DNA of 64,000 nucleotides from NCBI GenBank assembly GCA_902550055.1, contig CACCXU010000002.1, positions 71,770-135,769 on the forward strand. Reading direction: 5' to 3'. Source of the DNA: an uncultured Pelagibacteraceae bacterium (GTDB lineage Bacteria > Pseudomonadota > Alphaproteobacteria > Pelagibacterales > Pelagibacteraceae). Positions 10,117-18,911 of the stretch are shown piece by piece (position 1 is the first letter of the stretch; every line of letters starts with the position of its first letter). Position numbers and translations under genes: made by a program. The notes under the pieces were generated by a model. It was not told the DNA's origin, did not search any database, and saw only the letters and a program-made list of their open reading frames with translations.

Positions 10117-11504
10117 TTTTTTCTTTTATATTTCAATATCATTTTTTTAATATTATCAAAAGATGTTCCACCATATGATTTCTTAGAATTTACAGAATTC
10201 TTTAAATCAAACACTTTTAATACATCATTTGATAGTTTTGGTTCAATTTTTTTAAGTTCAGCCAGCGTTAATTGATCGAGATTTTTTTTCTTTTTTTCAG
10301 CAAAGTTCACAATATTAGCAGTCACTTTGTATGCTTTTCTAAATGGCATTGAGTGATTTTTTACGAGATAATCTGCAAGATCAGTTGCAGTCAAATATCC
10401 TGTGTTAGCTAATTCTATCATTTGTTTTTTATTTGGTGTAAAATTTTTAAGAATCTCATCAAGTATTTTTAAACAATTTTGTAGTGTATCATTAGATTTA
10501 AAAACAATTTCCTTATCGTCTTGAAGATCTTTGTAGTAAGATAAAGGTAAACTTTTTAAAACTGTAAGCATAGAAAACAAATTACCATAAATAATTCCAG
10601 ACTTTCCTCGTAAAAATTCCAGTAAATCTGGATTTTTTTTTTGTGGCATTATCGAAGAACCAGTTACAACTTTATCTGATAAATTTATTAGCTTAAAAGC
10701 ATCGGAGTTCCATATGATAAGTTCCTCAGCTATTCTAGAAATATGCATGGCACAGACTGAAATAGAGTAAAGAAAATCTAGCACAAAATCTCTGTCAGAA
10801 ATTGTATCTATTGAGTTATTAGTTGGTTTTGTAAATCCAAGTTTTTTTGTAGTGTAGTTTCTATCAATATTAAAAGAGGTTCCAGTTAAAGCTGCAACAC
10901 CCAAGGGATTTTCATTTAAACTATCTAAATTATTTATGAATCTCTTTTGATCTCTTTTAAACATTTCAACATAAGCCATCAAATAGTGGCCAAATGAAAC
11001 TGGCTGAGCATTTTTCAAATGAGTAAATCCAGGCATAAGAGTATATATATTTTTCTCTGCTGCTCTTATTACACTTTTAATTATAGTATCTAATAAAATA
11101 TTAATTTCTTTGGTTGATGATTTCATCCAAATTTTTAAGTCTGTAATCACTTGATCATTTCTGGATCGTGCTGTGTGAATAAAACCTGCATCTTCACCAA
11201 TTATTTCGAAAAGTCTTTTTTCAATATTTATATGAATATCCTCATATTTTTTATTAAATTCAAATTTTTTGTTTGTTATTTCTTTTTTGATTTTGTTTAG
11301 ACCATAAACAATCTTATTCTTTATTTTAAAAGAAATAATTTTTTGTTTAAATAACATTTCGACATGTGCAATAGATCCAATTATATCCTCTTTATATAGT
11401 CTCTTATCAACATCAATAGAATTTCCCACTTTTTGAAAAATTGATGAAGTGTTTTTTTTTATTCTATTGCCCCATATTGCCTGGTTGTTTTTATTTTTCG
11501 ACAT
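10113..11504 (-). CDS. argH: Argininosuccinate lyase
   Basis: EDIH, HTARSRNDQV, MPGFTHL, GSSIMPQKKNPD, YYKDLQDDK. Confidence 0.98.
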   Translation of the reverse strand: MSKNKNNQAIWGNRIKKNTSSIFQKVGNSIDVDKRLYKEDIIGSIAHVEMLFKQKIISFKIKNKIVYGLNKIKKEITNKKFEFNKKYEDIHINIEKRLFEIIGEDAGFIHTARSRNDQVITDLKIWMKSSTKEINILLDTIIKSVIRAAEKNIYTLMPGFTHLKNAQPVSFGHYLMAYVEMFKRDQKRFINNLDSLNENPLGVAALTGTSFNIDRNYTTKKLGFTKPTNNSIDTISDRDFVLDFLYSISVCAMHISRIAEELIIWNSDAFKLINLSDKVVTGSSIMPQKKNPDLLEFLRGKSGIIYGNLFSMLTVLKSLPLSYYKDLQDDKEIVFKSNDTLQNCLKILDEILKNFTPNKKQMIELANTGYLTATDLADYLVKNHSMPFRKAYKVTANIVNFAEKKKKNLDQLTLAELKKIEPKLSNDVLKVFDLKNSVNSKKSYGGTSFDNIKKMILKYKRKK

Positions 11505-11528
11505 GATAATTAATTATACCTATTTAAC

Positions 11529-12038
11529 ATGAGATTTTTAATAATATTTGCTTTTTTAATATCTAATTGTGTAGCGGCAGAAATCAAAGACATAAAAAAT
11601 CTTGTTATCAATAAAGAGCTTAAAAAATATGATGGATTAACGTTTTTAGATGATCAGAGTAATGAGATTCAACTTGATCAATTTGAAGGCAATTTGGTTT
11701 TGCTCAATTTTTGGGCAACTTGGTGTGCTCCATGTAAAGAGGAAATGCCATCTCTTGATCAATTGCAATCTCAAAAAAATTTAAACAATTTAAAAATATT
11801 TCCGATTAATGTTGGTCAGGATAATTTAGAAAAAGCCTCTAAATTTTTTGAGGATTTAGGTATAGATAATCTTAAGATATATTTCGACTCACCAATTACC
11901 TTAGCGAAAAAGTTTGGACTAAGAGGAGTGCCCACCACAATTTTGATAAACAAGGATGGATATGAGTTTGCAAGAATTGTTGGGTCAATAGATTTTAAGG
12001 AAAAAAATTTTGTTGAATGGTTGGCTAGTTACAACTAA
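11529..12038 (+). CDS. tlpA: TlpA-family thioredoxin-like disulfide reductase
   Basis: Signal/anchor, LNFWATWCAPCKEEMPSL, cis-Pro GVPTT; divergent from argH as in other alphaproteobacteria. Confidence 0.9.
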   Translation: MRFLIIFAFLISNCVAAEIKDIKNLVINKELKKYDGLTFLDDQSNEIQLDQFEGNLVLLNFWATWCAPCKEEMPSLDQLQSQKNLNNLKIFPINVGQDNLEKASKFFEDLGIDNLKIYFDSPITLAKKFGLRGVPTTILINKDGYEFARIVGSIDFKEKNFVEWLASYN

Positions 12039-12238
12039 TTTTTGAAAAAATATGCAAAACCAACCAAAGCAATTATTGCAATAAATTGAAGCAAAACTCT
12101 TAACTGCATTAATTTATTTGAATATTTTTTGCTGGTTTCACCACCTTTAAATAAAGTTCCGATACCAAGAATTAAAACAATCCCAACCGCCATTAACAAA
12201 ATTATAGATAATATTTTAACTACTATTCCAGATAACAT
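12035..12238 (-). CDS. Twin transmembrane helix small protein (HIG1-like)
   Basis: Two hydrophobic helices around SNKLMQLRVLLQ. Start moved to ATG 12238 to avoid overlap with the divergent gene. Confidence 0.8.
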   Translation of the reverse strand: MLSGIVVKILSIILLMAVGIVLILGIGTLFKGGETSKKYSNKLMQLRVLLQFIAIIALVGFAYFFKN

Positions 12239-12287
12239 GAAGGTATTGTAAGGTGTTTTTAAAATAAAAAAACATAATTCACACACT

Positions 12288-12947
12288 ATGACATTTTGCC
12301 TAGATTCAGTAATGGTCAAACCAGAGACTAATAAAAAGATTAAAAATGCTATCATCTTACTTCATGGTTATGGTGGTGATGGCAAGGATATTAGTATGCT
12401 CTCACTGAACTGGAAAAGACATTTACCTAATACTATTTTTATTTGTCCTAATGGTCATGAACCATGTAGTATAAACCCAAATGGATATCAGTGGTTTGAT
12501 TTAAGCAAAGATGATCCAGAGTATATTTTGGATCAATCTATAAAGGCTGAAAAAAAATTATCAAAATTTATTGATGAAATTAAAAATGAATTTAATTTTG
12601 AAAATAAACAAATTTGTTTATCTGGTTTTAGCCAAGGCTGCATGATGTCAATAAACTTAGGACTTACTTCTGAAAAACCTTTTAATTGTGTTGTGGGTTT
12701 TTCTGGAAAAATTATTGATGAAAAGGATTTGAAATTGAGAAAAAAAAACTCATCAAGTATTTTGTTAATTCATGGTGATTCTGATCAAGTTGTATCGCCA
12801 AATTTTATGTTAGAGGCAAAAGATTTTTTTATGAGAAATAATATAGACATTGAGACGCATCTTATAAAAAATTGTGACCATCATATTCCTGTAAATGCTT
12901 CAAGTATTGCATTGAATTATATCTTAAAAAAATTTAATAATTCCTAA
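12288..12947 (+). CDS. Phospholipase/carboxylesterase, alpha/beta hydrolase
   Basis: LLHGYG, GYQWF, GFSQG nucleophile, HGDSDQVV, His near C-terminus. Confidence 0.92.
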   Translation: MTFCLDSVMVKPETNKKIKNAIILLHGYGGDGKDISMLSLNWKRHLPNTIFICPNGHEPCSINPNGYQWFDLSKDDPEYILDQSIKAEKKLSKFIDEIKNEFNFENKQICLSGFSQGCMMSINLGLTSEKPFNCVVGFSGKIIDEKDLKLRKKNSSSILLIHGDSDQVVSPNFMLEAKDFFMRNNIDIETHLIKNCDHHIPVNASSIALNYILKKFNNS

Positions 12948-12950
12948 ATA

Positions 12951-12979
12951 TTGAAAAAAATTTTTATTTAAGTTAAAAT
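12951..12979 (+). promoter_or_regulatory. Putative sigma70 promoter giving a leaderless HNH mRNA (TTGAAA-N17-TAAAAT)
   Basis: Hexamers 12951-12956 and 12974-12979; ATG at 12985 coincides with the expected start site. Confidence 0.55.
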
Positions 12980-12984
12980 TTGAT

Positions 12985-13554
12985 ATGAATAATTTTATTG
13001 ATCAAGATGTTTCACTAGAAAAATGTCCTGCACTAGTTTTAAATGCTGATTATAGACCATTGAGCTACTATCCTCTATCACTATGGTCATGGCAGGATAC
13101 TGTTAAATCAGTTTTTTTAGATCGTGTAATTATAGTGAGTAATTACGACCGTGTAGTAAGAAGTCCTTCATTTAATATGCAATTGCCTAGTGTAATTGCT
13201 CTAAAAGATTATATTGTTCCTCAATCTAAACCAAGTTTTACAAGATTTAATGTTTTTCTGAGAGATAAATTTTCCTGCCAGTATTGTGGCAGCAACGAGG
13301 AATTAACTTTTGATCATTTATTACCTAGATCAAAAGGTGGAGAAACTAATTGGGATAACGTTGTTACAGCATGTTCTGCTTGTAACGTCAAAAAAGGAGG
13401 CAAACTATTAAAATTATCGGGCATGAAACTGACCCAACATCCTTATCAACCTTCAACAGAAGATTTACATCGTAATGGAAAAAATTTTCCCCCAAATTAT
13501 TTACATAAAAGCTGGATGGATTATTTATATTGGGATGTTGAATTAGAAGCTTAA
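12985..13554 (+). CDS. HNH endonuclease (stand-alone, McrA-like fold)
   Basis: LVLNADYRPLS, RD...CQYCG, TFDHLLPRSKGG..NWDNVVTACSACNVKKG. Confidence 0.93.
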   Translation: MNNFIDQDVSLEKCPALVLNADYRPLSYYPLSLWSWQDTVKSVFLDRVIIVSNYDRVVRSPSFNMQLPSVIALKDYIVPQSKPSFTRFNVFLRDKFSCQYCGSNEELTFDHLLPRSKGGETNWDNVVTACSACNVKKGGKLLKLSGMKLTQHPYQPSTEDLHRNGKNFPPNYLHKSWMDYLYWDVELEA

Positions 13555-13557
13555 GTT

Positions 13558-14088
13558 TTATACTTTTTCTGATATTCGAATTGCAATTTTTGAACCTGTT
13601 TTTATTATCTTATCCATAATTGAGTAAATGCCTTTTTTGGTAGCTCCTTTTTCATAAGCAATATCCTTGTGATGAAGCTCATCTTCTCTGAATTTTATAA
13701 TTTTCTTTTTAAGATTTTTTTCTTCTGGACCAAGTTGATTTATTTGATCTTGGTAATGTTTATCTATTACTTCTTCAACGGAGGCAGTGCACAGCATAGC
13801 TGCTTTTTTCCCAAGAATAGTAGACCCAAAACCCAAACCTACACCTAGCAGATCCCACAATGGTAAAAATTTTGTTGGCTCAATATTCCTTTTTTTTATT
13901 TCGTTTTCAAAAAATTGACAATGTTCAATTTCATGTTCTTTCATATCTTCAATTGTTTTTTTTAAATTTTCATTTTTAACAATTGTATTTAAAGCTAATA
14001 ACTGACCTTCATAAATTTTGACAGCACCCCTCTCGCCTGCATGGTCAACTCTAATGAATTCTTCAACTCTACTATTTGTTTTTTTCAT
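13558..14088 (-). CDS. coq7: Demethoxyubiquinone hydroxylase (di-iron, Coq7 family)
   Basis: IRVDHAGERGA..IY.GQ, ExxH twice, CT..VEEVIDKHY. Confidence 0.93.
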   Translation of the reverse strand: MKKTNSRVEEFIRVDHAGERGAVKIYEGQLLALNTIVKNENLKKTIEDMKEHEIEHCQFFENEIKKRNIEPTKFLPLWDLLGVGLGFGSTILGKKAAMLCTASVEEVIDKHYQDQINQLGPEEKNLKKKIIKFREDELHHKDIAYEKGATKKGIYSIMDKIIKTGSKIAIRISEKV

Positions 14089-14557
14089 ATTTAGTAAAAA
14101 TTTTTGCTAGAGTTATAATAAATAATATACTTATTACAATATTAATAGTAGTAAGTGATAATCCTAAAATCTTAAATGTCACATCTTTACAGCTTATAGT
14201 TTTTTCACTTAATTTATTTAGTAATTCCTCTTTACTTATATTTTCAGAAAAATTTTTTACACCACAAACAGTTGATTCTTGAAAAATGCCTTGTTCTATG
14301 CCGAAATGATAAAGTGAAATAAAAAAAGAAAAAATAAAAGTTAGTATTAAAAGCAAAATAAAGAAATTTTCATTTTTTTTAATAATAAACATTAGAGATA
14401 TCAAAATTATACTTAACCCATAAGGGATTCTCTCTATCAAACATAAATTACATGGTTGGTGGCCTAGAACATGTTCTATAAAATATGCAGAAATCAAAGC
14501 TATTAAACTAAATAGAAAAATTATTCTCAAGTAAATTTCAGCTTTAAGATTAAACAT
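14072..14557 (-). CDS. dsbB: Disulfide bond formation protein B family
   Basis: Four TM helices, PCNLCLIER, second Cys pair, ILGLSL. Confidence 0.87.
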   Translation of the reverse strand: MFNLKAEIYLRIIFLFSLIALISAYFIEHVLGHQPCNLCLIERIPYGLSIILISLMFIIKKNENFFILLLILTFIFSFFISLYHFGIEQGIFQESTVCGVKNFSENISKEELLNKLSEKTISCKDVTFKILGLSLTTINIVISILFIITLAKIFTKYEKNK

Positions 14558-15155
14558 GAGATTTAAAAATCAGATAAATTATTAAGCCAATAATAACAAT
14601 TAATATTCCAATTATTGTAAACCATTTTGACCCATGCTTATCCATATATTCATTAAATAAATCACCGAACTTATAAGAAAGGTATGATACGACGAAAAAT
14701 CTTAATCCTCGGGAAATTAAACTTATTAAAACAAAGATTAAAAAGTTAAATCCTATCAGGCCGCTTGCAATTGTAAAAACTTTATATGGAAGAGGAGTAA
14801 AACCGGCTAAAAAAAGTACTCCTAACCAAGCATAAAAACCATTACTATTAACTAAGTTTTCTTTAATTTTTGATAACTTGTCCTCATAACCATAAAAATT
14901 TATAATGTGTGCTCCGAATTCAAAAAAGAACACACCAATTAAGTAACCAAGCATACCACCCAAAACTGAAAAAATTGTAGTTATAAGAAAGATTTTAATA
15001 AAATCATTTTTTTTTGATATTACCATTGGAATAACCATCACATCTGGCGGAATAGGAAAAAATGAACTTTCAATGAAGGAGACTATTGCCAAATAATATT
15101 TAGAACTTTTGTGAGCTGCTAAATCTAAACATTTTTTGTAAAGACTTTTAAACAT
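14550..15155 (-). CDS. YqaA/DedA (VTT domain) membrane protein
   Basis: SFIESSFFPIPPD, GFTPLPYKVFTIASG, SRGLRFF. Confidence 0.92.
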   Translation of the reverse strand: MFKSLYKKCLDLAAHKSSKYYLAIVSFIESSFFPIPPDVMVIPMVISKKNDFIKIFLITTIFSVLGGMLGYLIGVFFFEFGAHIINFYGYEDKLSKIKENLVNSNGFYAWLGVLFLAGFTPLPYKVFTIASGLIGFNFLIFVLISLISRGLRFFVVSYLSYKFGDLFNEYMDKHGSKWFTIIGILIVIIGLIIYLIFKSHV

Positions 15156-15213
15156 TTTTTGGTTTTAATATAATTTTAGTTCTTATACTATTTAATAAAT
15201 TATTAAATAACTA

Positions 15214-15298
15214 GGGCGAATGGCGGAACTGGTAGACGCGCACGACTCAAAATCGTGTTTCGCAAGAAGTGAGAGTTCGATTCTCTCTTCGCCCACCA
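15214..15298 (+). tRNA. tRNA-Leu(CAA)
   Basis: Acceptor GGGCGAA/TTCGCCC, anticodon arm CACGA-CTCAAAA-TCGTG, long variable arm, GTTCGA T-loop, encoded CCA. Confidence 0.97.
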
Positions 15299-15302
15299 AA
15301 TT

Positions 15303-17000
15303 ATGGAATTAAGTAAAATTAACAGTTTAGTAGAACTTTTTTTCACGAAGTATAAGGAGTTAAACTCTAATTCTAATAAGCCATTTTTAAAGTGGTTAAA
15401 GGATAATAAGAAAGATTTTCTTACTTGGAAACAAGTTGAGAGAAATATTCAAATTTTATCTGAATATTTAAGAAAAAATTTATATAAAGGGGATAGGTGC
15501 ATTTTATTATCTGAAAATCGACCTGAATGGCTCATTTCTGATATAGCCATAATGAACGCTGGTGGGGTAACAGTTCCTTTATTCACAACTTATTCTGAAA
15601 AAGATTATGAATATATCATTAATGATTGTAATCCAAAAATTTGTATTGTCTCAAATAATACTCAATTAAAAAAAATAGATAAATTCATTTCATATAAAAT
15701 AAAAGTTTTATCAATAGAAAATATAAACAAACAAATTGATAGTATAGAAAATATTTTTGAAAGATTTTCTAAAGAAAAAACTTTAGATCATTTAAGCTTT
15801 AACCAAAATATTGAAAGAAAAGATCTAGCTTGTATCATTTACACATCAGGAACAACTGGTAACCCTAAAGGTGTAATGCTGAGTCATGGGGGTATTTTAT
15901 CTAATTGTGAGGGTGCGCAAGAAATTTTGAATTCGCTTGTTAAAGATAGTGAACCTGTTTTTTTGACTTGGCTACCTTTATCTCATTCATATGAACATGC
16001 TGTTCAATTTGTACAAATCACATTAGGAGCAAAAATTTATTATGCTGAAAGTTTAGAAAAATTATTATCTAATATGTCAGTTGCTAAACCAACTATAATG
16101 ACTGCTGTGCCTAGATTTTATCAAAATTTGTATAGCAAGATTTCGATTAATTTTTCAAAACAAACAGGTCTCAAGAAAAAATTAATATCTTCGACGATTT
16201 TGCTTGGAATAAAAAGACTAAATAATGAGAATATGAGCTTAAGAGAAAAAATACTAAATTATTTATGTGAAAAATTAGTAAGACGAAAAATCAAAAATCA
16301 GTTTGGTGGAAATTTAAAAGCTTTTGTTTCTGGAGGGGGTGCGTTAGATCAAAAAATTGGAGAATTTTTGAATTCTATCGGACTGCCAACTTTACAAGGT
16401 TATGGCCTAACGGAAGCATCTCCAGTAGTAAGTTGCAATATACCTGAAAAAATCAAGATTGATACAGTTGGACCTCCTTTTAAAACTAATGAGGTGAAGA
16501 TTGCACAGGATGGTGAAATTCTGGTTAAAGGCGAAAATGTAATGCTTGGTTACTGGAACATGAAAAAAGAAACAGACGATATACTTAAAAATGGTTGGTT
16601 ACACACAGGAGACATAGGTGAAATTACAAAAGAGGGAAATTTGAAAATTACTGACAGAAAAAAAGAAATTATTGTAAATTCTGGTGGTGATAATATATCA
16701 CCCTCAAAAATTGAAAATTTATTGTGTCTTGACGACAAAATTAAACAAAGTTTTGTTTATGGAGACAAAAAAACTTATTTAGTTGCTTTAATTGTAAGCG
16801 ATAGTGAAAAAAATGAAAAAGAAATTGAATTATATATAGATGATCTAAATAAAAACCTATCTCTTATTGAGAGAGTAAAAAAAATAAAATTAATTAATGA
16901 AGAATTTACAATTGAAAATGGAATGTTAACACCAACTTTAAAACTAAAAAGAAAAAAAATTTTAGAAAAATATAAAGAAGATTTAGAAAAACTTTATTAA
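15303..17000 (+). CDS. fadD: Long-chain acyl-CoA synthetase (AMP-binding)
   Basis: IIYTSGTTGNPKGV, QGYGLTEASP, GWLHTGDIG, DRKKEI, LTPTLKLKR. Confidence 0.9.
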   Translation: MELSKINSLVELFFTKYKELNSNSNKPFLKWLKDNKKDFLTWKQVERNIQILSEYLRKNLYKGDRCILLSENRPEWLISDIAIMNAGGVTVPLFTTYSEKDYEYIINDCNPKICIVSNNTQLKKIDKFISYKIKVLSIENINKQIDSIENIFERFSKEKTLDHLSFNQNIERKDLACIIYTSGTTGNPKGVMLSHGGILSNCEGAQEILNSLVKDSEPVFLTWLPLSHSYEHAVQFVQITLGAKIYYAESLEKLLSNMSVAKPTIMTAVPRFYQNLYSKISINFSKQTGLKKKLISSTILLGIKRLNNENMSLREKILNYLCEKLVRRKIKNQFGGNLKAFVSGGGALDQKIGEFLNSIGLPTLQGYGLTEASPVVSCNIPEKIKIDTVGPPFKTNEVKIAQDGEILVKGENVMLGYWNMKKETDDILKNGWLHTGDIGEITKEGNLKITDRKKEIIVNSGGDNISPSKIENLLCLDDKIKQSFVYGDKKTYLVALIVSDSEKNEKEIELYIDDLNKNLSLIERVKKIKLINEEFTIENGMLTPTLKLKRKKILEKYKEDLEKLY

Positions 17001-17119
17001 TTTTTCACAAAATATTTGATTATTAAGCGCATAAACACTAACTTTTTTACAATTTAAATTTTTTTAAAAAAAATTTTTATTTTAATTTTATTTTAAAAAT
17101 TTTCTTTAAAATTTAAGAT

Positions 17120-17148
17120 TTGACATAAGGCACATAAAAAAATAAAAA
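17120..17148 (+). promoter_or_regulatory. Putative sigma70 promoter (TTGACA-N17-TAAAAA) with upstream A/T tracts
   Basis: Perfect -35 at 17120-17125, -10-like at 17143-17148, preceded by about 70 nt of nearly pure A/T tracts. Confidence 0.55.
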
Positions 17149-17159
17149 TAGATTAATAG

Positions 17160-17175
17160 CGAATCAATTGATTCG
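17160..17175. promoter_or_regulatory. Perfect 16-bp palindrome CGAATCAATTGATTCG (two inverted GANTC sites)
   Basis: Read directly; lies between the putative promoter and the RBS of the basic peptide ORF. Confidence 0.6.
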
Positions 17176-17199
17176 TTTAACTTAAAAAGGGAGCTAAAG

Positions 17200-17277
17200 A
17201 TGCCTAAGAGAAGAAAAAAAGCAAAGAAGGCTAAGAAAAAAGCTAAGAAAAAAGCTAAAAAAAGAAGAAGAAGATAA
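17200..17277 (+). CDS. 25-aa protamine/histone H1-like basic peptide MPKRRKKAKKAKKKAKKKAKKRRRR
   Basis: Not in ORF track. Strong SD AAAAGGGAG ending at 17193, ATG 17200, TAA 17275-17277, own promoter and terminator; 19 of 25 residues are K/R. Confidence 0.8.
   Translation: MPKRRKKAKKAKKKAKKKAKKRRRR
17230..17265 (+). repeat. In-frame 12-nt tandem repeat (GCTAAGAAAAAA x2 plus one degenerate copy) encoding AKKK
   Basis: Read directly at 17230-17241, 17242-17253, 17254-17265. Confidence 0.8.
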
Positions 17278-17296
17278 TTACTTAGTATTCTTTATC

Positions 17297-17341
17297 AAAA
17301 ACGCTTCTCATAACGATTTACGTGTGAGAGGCGTTTTTTTT
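17297..17341 (+). terminator. Rho-independent terminator between the peptide gene and carD
   Basis: AAAAACGCTTCTCATA...TGTGAGAGGCGTTTTTTTT. Two G-U pairs form only in the + strand RNA and a T8 tract follows; may also act weakly on carD. Confidence 0.85.
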
Positions 17342-18212
17342 ATTCCTCTATATCTTCTTCATTTTCTGAAACAGCCTCTTCTTCAGGTAAATCTGATGAA
17401 GCTTGCTTTATTGGTGCTGCTTCTGGTTTAGGTTGAGTATTTAAGTTTCTTTTTAAAGCTTTATCTAATTTTTTTTGAGTATCCTCTAATGACAGATTCA
17501 GAATTATTTGAAATTCTGAAAGAATTCTTTCATATGCTTTTTCAAACAATTGTCTCTCACTATAAGATTGGTCAACCATCAAATCATCTCCCTTATTAAG
17601 GTCTCTTACTACTTCAGCTAGCTCATAAATTTTACCTGATGAAATCTTTGCTTCATATTCCTGTGCTCTCCTACTCCACATAGATCTTTTTATTTTAGGC
17701 TTACTTTTTAATATTGAGATGCATTTATTTACCTGATTGATAGTAGCTAATGGTCTTAAGTGTAATTGTTTATTAACAGGCACCATTCCATTTGCCTTGT
17801 CTTTTTCAAATTTTATAACGTAAGTTTCAACGTCTATTCCTCCAATATTTATTTTTTTAAATTCTGTTATTTGCCCAACACCGTGTTTTGGGTATACGAC
17901 GTAATCTTTGATTTTATATTCTCTTTTTTCTGTTTCTTGTTTTTTTACTTTTTTAATTTCTGGTTTAGCCTCATTATTTTTTGTAATTCTCAAACCACTA
18001 TTTTTCTGTTCTGTAGTTTTGACTTCAGATTTTATAGATTTTTTTAAAGGAATTTTTTTAGTTTTAATTAATTTTTTTGGTAATTTATTAATCTTTTTTT
18101 TTACTTTTTTTAATTTAACAACCTTTTTTGTTTTTGCCTTTTTTTTCGATTTAGTAGCTTTACTTTTTTTAAAGGTTTTCTTTAAAATACTTTTCAAACT
18201 TATTTTGCTCAT
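17340..18212 (-). CDS. carD: CarD family transcription regulator with Lys-rich N-terminal and acidic C-terminal extensions
   Basis: VVYPKHGVG (RID), [16 protein letters not shown] (conserved Trp), [17 protein letters not shown]; downstream of fdxA. Confidence 0.93.
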   Translation of the reverse strand: MSKISLKSILKKTFKKSKATKSKKKAKTKKVVKLKKVKKKINKLPKKLIKTKKIPLKKSIKSEVKTTEQKNSGLRITKNNEAKPEIKKVKKQETEKREYKIKDYVVYPKHGVGQITEFKKINIGGIDVETYVIKFEKDKANGMVPVNKQLHLRPLATINQVNKCISILKSKPKIKRSMWSRRAQEYEAKISSGKIYELAEVVRDLNKGDDLMVDQSYSERQLFEKAYERILSEFQIILNLSLEDTQKKLDKALKRNLNTQPKPEAAPIKQASSDLPEEEAVSENEEDIEE

Positions 18213-18495
18213 CTTTATATTCTTCGTGATCCGATGGAGGATCTTTCTTAACTGTTATATTTGGCCAGATTTCGGAATATTGTTTATTGATCTCTAGCCA
18301 TTTTTCAGACCCTGGCTCTGTATCAGCTTTTATTGCATCAACAGGACATTCAGGCTCACAAACGCCACAATCTATACACTCATCAGGTTTAATTACAAGC
18401 ATATTTTTTCCCTCATAGAAACAATCTACAGGGCAAACTTCAACACAGTCCATTAACTTGCATTTAATGCATTTGTCATTAACTATATATGTCAT
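18169..18495 (-). CDS. fdxA: 7Fe ferredoxin FdxA
   Basis: MTYIV...[19 protein letters not shown]...[17 protein letters not shown]. Confidence 0.96.
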   Translation of the reverse strand: MTYIVNDKCIKCKLMDCVEVCPVDCFYEGKNMLVIKPDECIDCGVCEPECPVDAIKADTEPGSEKWLEINKQYSEIWPNITVKKDPPSDHEEYKDEQNKFEKYFKENL

Positions 18496-18908
18496 TATAG
18501 ATTTTCTTTTTTAATTTTTTCTTTGATATCTCCCATGATCTTATTGTCAATATACAATAAGCCTGCAAGTCGTCTCATCAAATTAGTTTCAAACATATCT
18601 GCTTCTTTGTTTGAGTAAATTATTCTCCAAAGGGTTTCAATAATTTCAATTTTTTTTTTATCATCCATATTTTTAACTTCCCTTGTAAAATCCAAAATTT
18701 GGTTAGAGTTTTCATCTATTTCTTTACCTTCTTTTAAAATATTTTCTAAATTATCTTGGTCTGCACCTATTTTCAAAAGTGCTTTACTTATTATAACCTC
18801 TTCTTCTTTTGAAAAGTTCTCATCAATTTTTGCGGCATGAATCAATAATGCTGCAACTCTTGCTAAATCACTAGTTTTAGTATCTCCTTTTTTTTCTTTA
18901 AAAAACAT
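18495..18908 (-). CDS. TerB-family protein
   Basis: [23 protein letters not shown]....[12 protein letters not shown]. Confidence 0.8.
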   Translation of the reverse strand: MFFKEKKGDTKTSDLARVAALLIHAAKIDENFSKEEEVIISKALLKIGADQDNLENILKEGKEIDENSNQILDFTREVKNMDDKKKIEIIETLWRIIYSNKEADMFETNLMRRLAGLLYIDNKIMGDIKEKIKKENL

Positions 18909-18911
18909 TAC

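Noticed and set aside
8774-11504. Very high lysine content of LysA, ArgH and similar enzymes as a special adaptation
   Set aside because: Adequately explained by genome-wide AT bias; not structured like the CarD tail or the KAKK peptide
17200-17341. CRISPR array or mere low-complexity DNA
   Set aside because: No repeat-spacer structure; the repeats are 12-nt in-frame units inside an ORF with SD, promoter and terminator
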